This document shows positions 35,748-44,757 of a stretch of DNA of 64,000 nucleotides, in pieces. Each line of letters starts with the position of its first letter. The first letter of the stretch is position 1. The notes beneath the pieces were generated by a model. The model worked only from the letters and a program-made list of their open reading frames with translations. It searched no databases and was not told the DNA's origin. Source of the DNA: Patescibacteria group bacterium (GTDB taxonomy: Bacteria; Patescibacteriota; Minisyncoccia; Phycocordibacterales; SIBU01); contig JAZJZC010000001.1 of assembly GCA_040390045.1 (NCBI GenBank), positions 172,005 through 236,004 on the forward strand, read 5' to 3'. The position numbers were made by a program, and so were the translations under genes.

Positions 35748-37517
35748 TTAATTTTTAGGAGATTCATATGTGTGTGTTGAACGCTGGGAATCAAAAATCT
35801 GCACGTACTCCGGGCTAGACTCCATAAGCTCTTTGTGTGTACCATGCGCCAAAACTTCCCCTTCCATGAGCAGAATTATCTGATCGTAATTTTCAATCGG
35901 CGCAATTTTTTGAGTAATGGAAACGAGCGTAATTTCAGGATAATTTTTCTCGACATTAGCCAAAATCTTTTGTTCAGTGTGTGCGTCCACGCGAGCGGTA
36001 AAGTCATCGAGATATAAAATTTTTGGATTAAGCGCCAGCGCGCGAGCGAGCATGATGCGCTGTTTCTGACCACCAGAAAGCGACGTTCCTCTTTCAGAAA
36101 CCACCGTGTCGAGGCCTAAGGGAAGCGTGTGAATAAAATCATCAAGCTCTGCCGTCTCAATCGCCTTTTTGAGTGTCTCGTCAGTCACCGTCGTGCTAAA
36201 GGCAATATTTTCCCGCACCGTGGTATTGAACAGAACACTGTCCTGAAAAACTAAACCAATCTGGGGATAAAATGCGGCGCGCTCATATTGCGCTAGTGGT
36301 CGCCCGTCATAATCAACTTCTCCTTTTTGCGGCGCGGTCAATCCTGTAATTACGTTAAGCAATTGAGTTTTACCGGCGGCGGTAGGACCTATGATCGCGG
36401 TTTTTGTTTTAGGCATAATGGAAAATGACACATCCTTGAGCGCAGGTTTTTCTCCATAGGTCACCGTAACATTCCTAACTTCAATTTTTCCCAAAAGTGG
36501 TTCAGTACTAACACCGAAATCTTTTTCGTCCGGCGCTTTAAGAATTTCGTGAATACGCGCATAGGACGCGCCTGCCTGAGCAATAACGTTACTCATAAAA
36601 CCGATAACCAAAATTGGGAAAATAAGAATTACAATATAGTTCATAAACGCCGCAAATGAACCGAGTGTCATTGAACCATTGACGACATAGTATCCGCCGA
36701 GCGTTACAACCGTGAGCGTGGCCATACTCGAAACAAATGTAATGACCGGAATCATAAATGAAAAAAGTCGCAAAATTCCTAGACCGATAGTCCGCGCCTG
36801 AACATTCGCTCCTTCAAATTTTTGATGCTCGAAACGTTGAGAATTTAAAACACGAATAAGCGCAGCCCCTAAAATACTTTCGTTAATCACCTTGTTGAGC
36901 CAGTCGATCACTTCGCGACTCTGGGCAAAAAGTTTTCTGACCATCCGAAGAATCACAAAAAAAGTGCCTCCGATAATCGGGATGATCGTCAGCACTGCAA
37001 GCGCCAATCTCCAATCGATGGTGAGAAGTATAATCGCCACACCGACAATAATAACGGCGGATGAAACCAAGGAAACTATGGCCTGCGCCACAAACATTTT
37101 GATGGAATCAATGTCGGACGTGAGATTGGTGAGAATTTTTGACGGATTTTTATCTTCAATAAACCGATAGCTTTGCTTGGAAATTTTGTTTACAAGTTGA
37201 GAACGCAGGTCGCGCCCGACACGTTCCGAAGCGTAAGTCTGCACAATACTCTGAACATAGGTGAAAAATAAAATACCAACCGCAAATCCACCGAATTCAA
37301 GAACAAGAGCAAAGAGATCAAGTCCACCGCGAATATACGAATCAATCACGCCTGAAATAAACTTCGGCAAAAACAGAGTCAGCGTGTTAGCGGCAATAGC
37401 AAGAACTATCAGCCAGAAAACCTGCAACTTATACGGACTGAGAATGCTAAAAACGCTCGGCGGTTTTTGAATCTCTCCTATTTTTTCGTTTTGTGATATT
37501 GGTTTTTGAGTCGGCAT
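35748..37517 (-). CDS. Heterodimeric ABC exporter subunit A
   Basis: TM domain; GPTAAGKT, LSGGQKQR and degenerate LDD Walker B. Confidence 0.92.
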   Translation of the reverse strand: MPTQKPISQNEKIGEIQKPPSVFSILSPYKLQVFWLIVLAIAANTLTLFLPKFISGVIDSYIRGGLDLFALVLEFGGFAVGILFFTYVQSIVQTYASERVGRDLRSQLVNKISKQSYRFIEDKNPSKILTNLTSDIDSIKMFVAQAIVSLVSSAVIIVGVAIILLTIDWRLALAVLTIIPIIGGTFFVILRMVRKLFAQSREVIDWLNKVINESILGAALIRVLNSQRFEHQKFEGANVQARTIGLGILRLFSFMIPVITFVSSMATLTVVTLGGYYVVNGSMTLGSFAAFMNYIVILIFPILVIGFMSNVIAQAGASYARIHEILKAPDEKDFGVSTEPLLGKIEVRNVTVTYGEKPALKDVSFSIMPKTKTAIIGPTAAGKTQLLNVITGLTAPQKGEVDYDGRPLAQYERAAFYPQIGLVFQDSVLFNTTVRENIAFSTTVTDETLKKAIETAELDDFIHTLPLGLDTVVSERGTSLSGGQKQRIMLARALALNPKILYLDDFTARVDAHTEQKILANVEKNYPEITLVSITQKIAPIENYDQIILLMEGEVLAHGTHKELMESSPEYVQIFDSQRSTHTYESPKN

Positions 37518-37548
37518 TTTTGAAAGATTGCATATGGAGTAGTTGGAG

Positions 37549-37806
37549 TTAGGATATCTTACTAAAAAGTTGGGCGACTTTCAATTTAATAATTAAAAAC
37601 AAATAGACAATTTCGAGAACGCCAGCGGTGTTGACCAAGAGCATCACCACAAACCAGTACTCCTGTCCACGTCTACCCGAATGCCAAAGCGCAAGTCCTT
37701 TCCAAAAAAGACTCCAGAGAATTAAAAGTAATAATGCCGGCCCAAACACATGAATCCACGCCGGCGCACCAGCACCCATTCCAAAAGTTGCATTAAAATT
37801 GTTCAT
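37549..37806 (-). CDS. DUF5652 family membrane protein
   Basis: WSLFWKGLALW.S......WF...L.VNT.G.LEI.Y motif. Confidence 0.85.
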   Translation of the reverse strand: MNNFNATFGMGAGAPAWIHVFGPALLLLILWSLFWKGLALWHSGRRGQEYWFVVMLLVNTAGVLEIVYLFLIIKLKVAQLFSKIS

Positions 37807-37814
37807 ACACCTAA

Positions 37815-37840
37815 GACGTTAGTAATGTATGTATATTACG
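37815..37840 (-). promoter_or_regulatory. Putative ECF promoter CGTAAT-N16-CGTC, likely leaderless
   Basis: Same motif and spacing as the 11.9-kb sites; 8 nt before the ATG. Confidence 0.6.
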
Positions 37841-37851
37841 TTGCAAATTCC

Positions 37852-38394
37852 CTACTTACTTTTCATCAAACTCGCTAATTTTCTAACTGTGTTCACATTT
37901 CTCGCCGTCATGTGTTTATACAGCGGTGTCCCAATAAATTTTCTCATGCCACTTTTGGTGTAGCCTTTTCTATCGAGGCTCCAAATTATCGCGCCGTCGA
38001 TGTATTTCAACTTGTCGACTTCTGGATGCGCAACGATAAGATTAAGCGAGCTTTTTGTATCAAACTCTTCCCACAAAAATAAAATGTCGGTTTTTGTTTT
38101 GGTGTCGTTGGTCCAATCAAGCGGAATATTCTTGGAAATTTTTTCAATATTTTTAGCGTTTCGTACCACCGATCTAACAGCAAATCCAAAATGATCCTGT
38201 AAGGCTTTTTCGATCTCCTGTGCCAATTCCAAATGACCTCGCTCCTTTCCATCGAAAATTACATTCCCAGAATTGATGTAGGTTGAAACATTTTTAAACC
38301 CAAGAGCTTCGAAAACTTTTCTCAGTCTCGGCATTTCCACCTTACTATTTCCTCCAACATTTATACCGCGAAGTAGCGCAACGTATTTTTGCAT
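37852..38394 (-). CDS. DUF1697 domain protein
   Basis: YVALLRGINVGG, V.TYINSGNVIF and T.RN..TV motifs. Confidence 0.9.
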   Translation of the reverse strand: MQKYVALLRGINVGGNSKVEMPRLRKVFEALGFKNVSTYINSGNVIFDGKERGHLELAQEIEKALQDHFGFAVRSVVRNAKNIEKISKNIPLDWTNDTKTKTDILFLWEEFDTKSSLNLIVAHPEVDKLKYIDGAIIWSLDRKGYTKSGMRKFIGTPLYKHMTARNVNTVRKLASLMKSK

Positions 38395-38404
38395 AAAATT
38401 CTGT

Positions 38405-38656
38405 TTAACGATGAATACAGCCCACCCAACAACACGGCCGGCGCATTCCACCTGAGAGTTTAGAAAGTGCCTTCTTGATACGGATATTTCTGGTTTCTTC
38501 TTTTTTACCAGAGATCACCCAGCAAATCCATTCATTGCGTGCAAGAGGCGTAATATCCTCCCATATTGCCAATGACTTTGGCGTCGAAAGAATGGCTTTT
38601 TGCAAATCATCTGGCATTTCATGGACGACACCACCCGGAAGTTTTTTTGAGGTCAT
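38405..38656 (-). CDS. YdeI/OmpD-associated family protein
   Basis: P.DL...TPLARNEWICWV.S.KK.ETR...RRPCCW.GC motif. Confidence 0.85.
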   Translation of the reverse strand: MTSKKLPGGVVHEMPDDLQKAILSTPKSLAIWEDITPLARNEWICWVISGKKEETRNIRIKKALSKLSGGMRRPCCWVGCIHR

Positions 38657-38659
38657 TTG

Positions 38660-39031
38660 TTATTTTTTATTAGACATCGAACTCTGTGCAACCCTAAACT
38701 TTACTATTTTTGCAACAAGTGTGAGTGGTAATTTTTTATCGAGTGAAAATTGAATAGTTCCTTTTGACGTGACGTACGGGGCTAATTCTTTTTTAAACTT
38801 CTCAACACCCGCCGAACCTGGGAAAAAACTAACATGATCTTTGAATCCTCCAAAATGCACGAGATTTTTCTTCTGAAATTTAAAGGTTGGTATTCCATAG
38901 CTAATCGCCTCTTCGGTCTTTGGCCCCGCCTTCTTAATCGTCGCGCGCATTTGCTTGAGAAGCATCTGCACTTTTTTTGGATACCCTTGTATGTAACTAT
39001 CGATATCTTTGTAGGTGTTCGTATTTCGCAT
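38660..39031 (-). CDS. DUF1801 (YdhG-like) protein
   Basis: ID.YI...E.ISYGIPTF...KGTIQF..DK.LP motif. Confidence 0.85.
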   Translation of the reverse strand: MRNTNTYKDIDSYIQGYPKKVQMLLKQMRATIKKAGPKTEEAISYGIPTFKFQKKNLVHFGGFKDHVSFFPGSAGVEKFKKELAPYVTSKGTIQFSLDKKLPLTLVAKIVKFRVAQSSMSNKK

Positions 39032-39040
39032 TCTGCTGAT

Positions 39041-39883
39041 TTAGAAAGCTCGTATTCGTTTTGCAATTTCGTACTGCTTTTCAGTAAGCTCTAAATTGCA
39101 TTTTTTGCATTTATAAAGGTTCACTCCTCCTTCAAAACCAGCCATACCATGTGCACCAGTGACAGAATCATAGACCGACAGAGCCCAAGGATCATTTGGA
39201 TTGCCGCCTAGAGAAAAACCGTATGTCCCACAGCGAGGGCATTGTTCACCTGAATGAAAAAAACTGTTTGTCTGTATAACATCGTCGTACATTGAAACCA
39301 CAAACCTATTATCTGAACGTTTTATCATCTTTTCAACCTCTTCTTCCAACACTTTCTCGAGTTCTGCTTCGGTATATTTCTTTTTCGGCTTTGAATTTTT
39401 TATATTCTCTTTACCAAATAAAGCTGTTGCAATCGGTGATACCTTTTCCCAAATAGTACCCATCTTCTTTAAAACATCTTCTGAGTCAAATATAATTTGA
39501 TCTTCGGACTTGTAACCGTGTACAAAATAATTTCGTAACTCATAGATATCGCTGATAGCCTGAAATTCGTCTTCCGTGAAAATATTTTTGAAGATGATTT
39601 TGAATCGACCCAATATTTCCTTTATCCTTGCTGTTTCAATATCCTTCTCTTTTTTTAAAGCAATTATGGACAAAGAGTTACTGTCCTGAATATACTTAGT
39701 ATCAAAAACTAAAAGAGGGTTCTTATTATGAAGTTTGATTTTTAGAATTTTTTCAACGGCTATACAGAATGAAACGATATTATCTGGAATCTCTTTTTCA
39801 GCAGAATTCTCGGAGCTTAAAAACTCCTCAACACGAGAATAAAGGAATAGTAAATACTTATGCGAAGATTTCTTTTTTGTCAT
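39041..39883 (-). CDS. Putative HEPN-like protein with C-terminal Zn ribbon
   Basis: AVEKILK helix; RNYFVH (Rx4H); CPRC...CKKC. Confidence 0.6.
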   Translation of the reverse strand: MTKKKSSHKYLLFLYSRVEEFLSSENSAEKEIPDNIVSFCIAVEKILKIKLHNKNPLLVFDTKYIQDSNSLSIIALKKEKDIETARIKEILGRFKIIFKNIFTEDEFQAISDIYELRNYFVHGYKSEDQIIFDSEDVLKKMGTIWEKVSPIATALFGKENIKNSKPKKKYTEAELEKVLEEEVEKMIKRSDNRFVVSMYDDVIQTNSFFHSGEQCPRCGTYGFSLGGNPNDPWALSVYDSVTGAHGMAGFEGGVNLYKCKKCNLELTEKQYEIAKRIRAF

Positions 39884-40030
39884 TGATATATAGAGGTCAG
39901 AATCTATCTTAAGCTGGCTAGGTCCAGCGAACGAAATTGAGCTCAGTCAGGAATTATTTATAAAATCTGTGTCCTAATAATTTTACCAACCAATCAGTGA
40001 ATTTTCATATATTTTACTTTGGCTAACCCA

Positions 40031-40642
40031 TTAACTTTGCGCATTCGTTTTGAGTGCTCCATCGAACTCGTAGGTAGCAAAAATGAGGCCGGTCTTCCCT
40101 ATCTTTGAATCAACAAGCTTGAAATTCTCGGCCTGAGTTCCCTCCGCGAAAAGCCGCTTGCCTGTGCCGATTGTAATCGGGTGTATCCACAAATGCATCC
40201 GATCGATCAAATGATTTTCGAGCAAAGTCTGGATAAGATTTCCACTGCCCCACACCCACAAATCCGGACCATCCATTTCTTTAAGTTTTTTAATCTCTGC
40301 CACCACACTACTTGAAATACAAACTGAGTTATTCCACTCCGGCTTAAAAGATTCATGCGACACCACGTATTTTTTTGTCTTATTAAACGGATTTGCCACC
40401 TCAAGATCTGTTTTGGCGGTAGGCCAAAATCCAGCAAAAATATCGTAGGTAATCTTACCGAGAAGAAGTTCAAATGGAATAGTAAAGAATCCACCCAAGA
40501 TGGGCAACAGTTCCTCGTCTTGGGGAAAAGACATTTGCCAACCGCCGTATTTAAAACCATTTGAAGTATCCTCTTCCTTCCCTCCTGGCGCCTGCATCAC
40601 GCCGTCTAACGTAACAAAAGTTGTGGTGATTATTTTTCTCAT
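40031..40642 (-). CDS. Dihydrofolate reductase/RibD C-terminal family protein
   Basis: TLDGVMQAPGG..ED...GF.YGGW and GSG.LIQ.L....LID motifs. Confidence 0.9.
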   Translation of the reverse strand: MRKIITTTFVTLDGVMQAPGGKEEDTSNGFKYGGWQMSFPQDEELLPILGGFFTIPFELLLGKITYDIFAGFWPTAKTDLEVANPFNKTKKYVVSHESFKPEWNNSVCISSSVVAEIKKLKEMDGPDLWVWGSGNLIQTLLENHLIDRMHLWIHPITIGTGKRLFAEGTQAENFKLVDSKIGKTGLIFATYEFDGALKTNAQS

Positions 40643-40654
40643 ACATATATACTA

Positions 40655-41020
40655 TTACTTTCGTAAGATTTTCTCCATAGTTTTCCCTTTTGCCAATTCA
40701 TCAATTAATTTGTCTAGGTAGCGAACTTCCCGCGTAAGCGGATCTTTAATTTCTTCTATTCGAACACCACAAATCACACCTGTGATCAAAGAACGCGAAG
40801 GATTCATATTAGGAGCTTCTGCAAAAAACGCCTCGAAGGTATTTTGCTTCTTCACTTGTGATTCCAAACCTTTTTCCGCATATCCAGTCAACCAGCAGAT
40901 AACTTGATCAACTTCCATTTTTGTCCGCCCCTTTCGCTCTGCTTTTGCAATGTACATGGGATACACAGCTGAGAACTTCATAGTGCGCATCCGATTTTTT
41001 GTCGCCTCGTTTTCTTTCAT
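40655..41020 (-). CDS. DUF2200 family protein
   Basis: [14 protein letters not shown] and [12 protein letters not shown]...[13 protein letters not shown] motifs. Confidence 0.9.
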   Translation of the reverse strand: MKENEATKNRMRTMKFSAVYPMYIAKAERKGRTKMEVDQVICWLTGYAEKGLESQVKKQNTFEAFFAEAPNMNPSRSLITGVICGVRIEEIKDPLTREVRYLDKLIDELAKGKTMEKILRK

Positions 41021-41099
41021 GTTTTGATTATATCAAAAATTTACGAGATGGTATCTGGACGATTTGTAAGCTTCAAGGGGTATGTTAAAATAATTGCAT

Positions 41100-41422
41100 A
41101 TGAATCCCGTAGTAGATTTTTGATTCGATTATGTTCTATGTTTATATTTTACAAAGCAAGAAAAACAACGAACTGTATATAGGTTATACTGAGGACCTCA
41201 AGAAAAGAATTTTAGAACATAATCAAGGATTAAATTTTTCGACCAAAAGATACATGCCATGGGAGATTATTTATTATGAAGCCTGCAAAGAACAGTCCGA
41301 TGCCCGACGTAGAGAGAAATATTTAAAAACTACACAAGGTGGTAGACTGATAAAAAGGAGAATAAAAGATTACTTGTATGTGTCGAAAAATTTAACAAAT
41401 CAAAAATTCACTACAGGATGAA
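41100..41422 (+). mobile_element. Putative GIY-YIG mini-element with terminal inverted repeats
   Basis: 22-bp inverted repeats at 41104-41125 and 41398-41419 (19/22); ATGAA repeated at both ends. Confidence 0.6.
41131..41421 (+). CDS. GIY-YIG nuclease family protein
   Basis: YVYIL.S.....LYIG.T.DL..R..EHN.G and A..RE.YLK motifs. Confidence 0.92.
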   Translation: MFYVYILQSKKNNELYIGYTEDLKKRILEHNQGLNFSTKRYMPWEIIYYEACKEQSDARRREKYLKTTQGGRLIKRRIKDYLYVSKNLTNQKFTTG

Positions 41423-41903
41423 ATCAATACCTAAAAATACAATTTGTCTTTGGTACGAAAAAGATGCGGAAGCCGCGGCTAACTTTTATGCTGCTACTTT
41501 TCCAGATAGTGCAGTAGGCGCTGTTACCAACGCCCCCAGTGATTTTCCTGATGGCAAGAAAGGCGATGCGCTAACGGTGGAGTTCACAGTCTGTGGAATT
41601 CCCTGTATCGCTATTAATGGCGGCCCAACCTTTAAACAGAGTGAGGCATTTTCCTTTCAAATAATGACAGAGGATCAGGAAGAAACGGATCGTTATTGGA
41701 ACGCGATTGTCAAAAATGGTGGCGAGGAAAGCCAGTGTGGTTGGTGCAAAGATCGCTGGGGACTATCTTGGCAGATTACACCGCGCACTTTGACCGAAGC
41801 TATGGCTGCTGGTGGTGCTGAGGCAAAACGCGCTTTCGAAGCGATGATGAAGATGCAGAAAATAGATGTCGCTGCTATTGATGCTGCCCGACGAACAAAG
41901 TGA
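41418..41903 (+). CDS. VOC family (PhnB/3-demethylubiquinone-9 3-methyltransferase-like) protein
   Basis: CLWY..DAE.AA.FY, NGGP.F and CGWCKDRWGLSWQITP motifs. Confidence 0.9.
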   Translation: MKSIPKNTICLWYEKDAEAAANFYAATFPDSAVGAVTNAPSDFPDGKKGDALTVEFTVCGIPCIAINGGPTFKQSEAFSFQIMTEDQEETDRYWNAIVKNGGEESQCGWCKDRWGLSWQITPRTLTEAMAAGGAEAKRAFEAMMKMQKIDVAAIDAARRTK

Positions 41904-41987
41904 GCGGAGCAATCGTCGTATGACGGTAACCCGGCGAACTAAGTGAGCGGAGCAATCGTCGTATGACGGCAACCCGACGAGATAAGT
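41887..41987. repeat. 43-bp tandem repeat (2.3 copies)
   Basis: Units start at 41887, 41930 and 41973. Confidence 0.85.
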
Positions 41988-41996
41988 AAGGAAAAA

Positions 41997-42431
41997 TTAT
42001 TTCTTACGATTGACTGCAAGTTTGATAATTTTTTCAAGCTCTTTTGTATTAATATCGGAAAGTTTGTTGATGTAAAGACATCCTCCTCCTTCTTTATACT
42101 TACCTAATTTTAAAAGAAAGTCATTTTCTTTTCTCTTTTCTTTTAAACCACCGAGGGTCATTTTGAAAATCTTTAAACCATAGAGAGCGATGTTTTGTTT
42201 GCGTGGAGCAAAACCAATCTTCATCCATTCTGCCTCTTTACCATTTGCATATGTGTACTTCATTCGACCGAAACCAACAATCAATGCACCCCACATTTCT
42301 GGTTTGGTTTTAGTTACTTTCTCCATTATTTTAGAAATTTCGAAACAATCATTACGTCTCTCTTCATCTTTGATTGTGCTCAAAAATTTCTCCACACTGG
42401 CTTTATTCACTTTTGTTTTTAGTTCGGACAT
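41997..42431 (-). CDS. DUF1801 domain protein
   Basis: KT.....SV..FL, P.MWG..IVGFG, GFAPRK and LGK.K....CLYI.KL.D motifs. Confidence 0.85.
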   Translation of the reverse strand: MSELKTKVNKASVEKFLSTIKDEERRNDCFEISKIMEKVTKTKPEMWGALIVGFGRMKYTYANGKEAEWMKIGFAPRKQNIALYGLKIFKMTLGGLKEKRKENDFLLKLGKYKEGGGCLYINKLSDINTKELEKIIKLAVNRKK

Positions 42432-42504
42432 AAATATTTTTGCTGGGAGTTTGATAAAATACTAGAACCAATTTGGAGTATGATTGTTTTAGGTTTATTG
42501 TAAC

Positions 42505-42668
42505 TGCGGATTCATCCTCGCCCGCTCTGGGGCAAGGATGAATCCGCAACGAATGGTTGCGTCGGCGGAGCCGACTCTTCTACAACAAAGTTTGCCCTGG
42601 TTCCTCGCCTATTACCCGCCGAGTCCGCGAGGACGCCGCTGCGGCGGGGATAGGACGAGGACAAACTT
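42505..42668. repeat. GC-rich multi-hairpin intergenic element
   Basis: 14-bp stem TGCGGATTCATCCT, small hairpins, and a long AAAGTTTG...CAAACTTT structure. Confidence 0.55.
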
Positions 42669-43012
42669 TATTTCTGACTAACTATGTCGACTGAGATCTC
42701 TACCGCTGGAATGGTTCCCTTGTTCTCGAGCCAGTGTGTAGTGTTGCTATCCTCCGGCCAGCCAACCCCAGGCCCGTAGTCAGTATCTACACCATTTCTA
42801 TGGTCAGTAATGACTCCGTGTAAAATAAAAACAACACCTGGTCTGCCTGCATGATCATGAATTGGACCAAAGACGCCTCCAGGCTCGACAGTAAACTTAC
42901 GCATTCGAAGTTGATGCCCCGCCATGCCCTTGATCTCAGGACCAAGGTCAATAGTTGCAAGTAATTCCACGGTAACGTCCTTCATCTCATGTAAAATTTT
43001 TTTGTTGCCCAT
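42668..43012 (-). CDS. Cupin domain protein
   Basis: PGG....HDH..RPG and E.....HWLENKG..PA motifs. Confidence 0.85.
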   Translation of the reverse strand: MGNKKILHEMKDVTVELLATIDLGPEIKGMAGHQLRMRKFTVEPGGVFGPIHDHAGRPGVVFILHGVITDHRNGVDTDYGPGVGWPEDSNTTHWLENKGTIPAVEISVDIVSQK

Positions 43013-43068
43013 GGATTTATTATATCAAAATGCTAAATGGCCGTCTGGGACGAAGTTAGAACTTTTTT

Positions 43069-43401
43069 TTAAAAACTTACAACTAAAAAACCCGCAACGG
43101 AAATTAAGACTGCACCAACGACTGACTGCCAAGAGTGATATTGTTTCCAGTGATCGTCCGGCCAATCCCAAGTTTTAAAAATAAAAAATAAAGGTATTTC
43201 ATCTACAACCAAAGCGGTTCCTACAGCAAGCAACACAGTCCAGTGAATCATAAAATATAATGCCACAAGTATGATACCGTGCATATAATGGTGTGGTTGA
43301 ATACTCAAAATCTTTTTTCCATGTATGTGAAAAAAGGTAAGAAATATTCTTGTAACAAGAATGGTTAGAGCGTATATTAAAAATAAATAACTGAAAGACA
43401 T
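43069..43401 (-). CDS. Hypothetical membrane protein
   Basis: Multi-TM; HHYMHG and G..LV.DE motifs. Confidence 0.7.
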   Translation of the reverse strand: MSFSYLFLIYALTILVTRIFLTFFHIHGKKILSIQPHHYMHGIILVALYFMIHWTVLLAVGTALVVDEIPLFFIFKTWDWPDDHWKQYHSWQSVVGAVLISVAGFLVVSF

Positions 43402-43431
43402 ACGCCGAAAATTATAACACCGCTGACATGT

Positions 43432-43914
43432 TTAGTTCAGAATCCAAATCGAGTAATTGAGATACGCCGCAAAACTGACCCATAGAATATAGGGCGCCAA
43501 AAGCCACGCGGTGGGTTTGGAGATTTTGACAAAGGTGATGATCGTGACAAGAATAGCGAGCCACAGGAAGACAATTTCAACCAGCGCGCCGCCCGGACTG
43601 TGCAGGCCGAAAAAAATAATCGACCAAAGCGTATTCAAGGTGAGCTGGCTAGCAAAGATACCGAGAGCGATTTTTACATCCCTGCGCTCCAATCCTTTTT
43701 TCCAAATCAAAAATGCCGCGACACCCATAAGAGCAAAGAGTGTAGTCCAGACCGGTGCAAACACCCACGCTGGAGGATTGAAGCTCGGTTTAATAATACC
43801 CGCATACCAGCCAGTGATGGAGGGAGTCGTAAAGACCGAACCGATGATGCCGGCAAGTTCTGAAATGACAATAGCGATGATAAGTTTGAATGTGTTGTTG
43901 AACTTCATAGACAC
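43432..43914 (-). CDS. TspO/MBR family protein
   Basis: WY....KPSFNPP.WVF.PVWT.L, LN.LWS.IFFG and PYILWVSFA..LN motifs. Confidence 0.93.
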   Translation of the reverse strand: MSMKFNNTFKLIIAIVISELAGIIGSVFTTPSITGWYAGIIKPSFNPPAWVFAPVWTTLFALMGVAAFLIWKKGLERRDVKIALGIFASQLTLNTLWSIIFFGLHSPGGALVEIVFLWLAILVTIITFVKISKPTAWLLAPYILWVSFAAYLNYSIWILN

Positions 43915-43968
43915 ATTTTACTCTTTTTTATATTTATTGCGACGAGGGAGAAGGCGTATCAACCGTGA

Positions 43969-44010
43969 TACGCTTAAAAATCGGCTGGGGGACTTGGACC
44001 GCGGGTACGC
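43969..44010 (-). repeat. Duplicated tRNA-Gln 3' end (att-like site)
   Basis: 30 bp at 43969-43998 identical to 45442-45471; the flank CCGCGGGTACGC is shared with the 45236 copy. Confidence 0.85.
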
Positions 44011-44251
44011 TTATATCCTTCGACTTAAATTTTTCGTCAAAAATTAAACAATTTTTACGCCTTTGGTTCACGTCTTGTGTCCTTGCCAGACATCCGCGAC
44101 GTGAATTGAAGCTTTTTTATTATCGAGCACTTCGCTTGTAAAAAACATCAATTCGGCTGGGCTCCTCGGTCTCGTATATTTACCCATCAAGCCACATAAG
44201 GCTTTTTTGATTGATTTTATTCTACCATTTCGATGCTCCTCGGAACGAGAA

Positions 44252-44755
44252 TCAGCATTTGTCTCCGAGTATTTCTTGGTCCAACTTTTTTAACGCATCA
44301 AATATCTTCTGTATACGATGTGGAGTCGCTCGGACGCTCTTCCCGCCTTGAGTTATTTCTCTTTTAATAAAGCTATCAAGAAAGTTTTCTACAACTTTTA
44401 GGTGCTCCTTCCTTATATATCCAGCCTTGGCTTCAAACTCATTCTTTATATTTAGAATATGTAGCCTCCACTGATCGTTAATAGGATTAATGTCACCAAA
44501 CTTCTTTAAAATAGCACGGGTATCATCAATGGTCGGTTCAGCAGAAATTTCAGTTAATAATTCATCCCTATTAATATTTAAAGCTCTAATCATTAACAAA
44601 TTATAGGTTAAAGATCCATACAATCTTTCTTGAGTCAGATTTTTCCATTTTGCTTTTTCTTGAAAAGATTCCTTTATCCAGTTAAGTACTACCCCAACTA
44701 CCGTAGCAACTAGAGTAGAACTTATTATTGCCCAGAATATACTTTCAGTAATCAT
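44252..44755 (-). CDS. Hypothetical protein with N-terminal TM
   Basis: AT-rich ORF within the att-bounded cassette. Confidence 0.7.
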   Translation of the reverse strand: MITESIFWAIISSTLVATVVGVVLNWIKESFQEKAKWKNLTQERLYGSLTYNLLMIRALNINRDELLTEISAEPTIDDTRAILKKFGDINPINDQWRLHILNIKNEFEAKAGYIRKEHLKVVENFLDSFIKREITQGGKSVRATPHRIQKIFDALKKLDQEILGDKC

Positions 44756-44757
44756 GA

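Noticed and set aside
41887-41987. Mini CRISPR array
   Set aside because: Units are contiguous near-identical 43-mers with no unique spacers
37852-43914. Classical integron
   Set aside because: No IntI tyrosine recombinase and no recurring attC (RYYYAAC...GTTRRRY) sites; many genes are only a few bp apart
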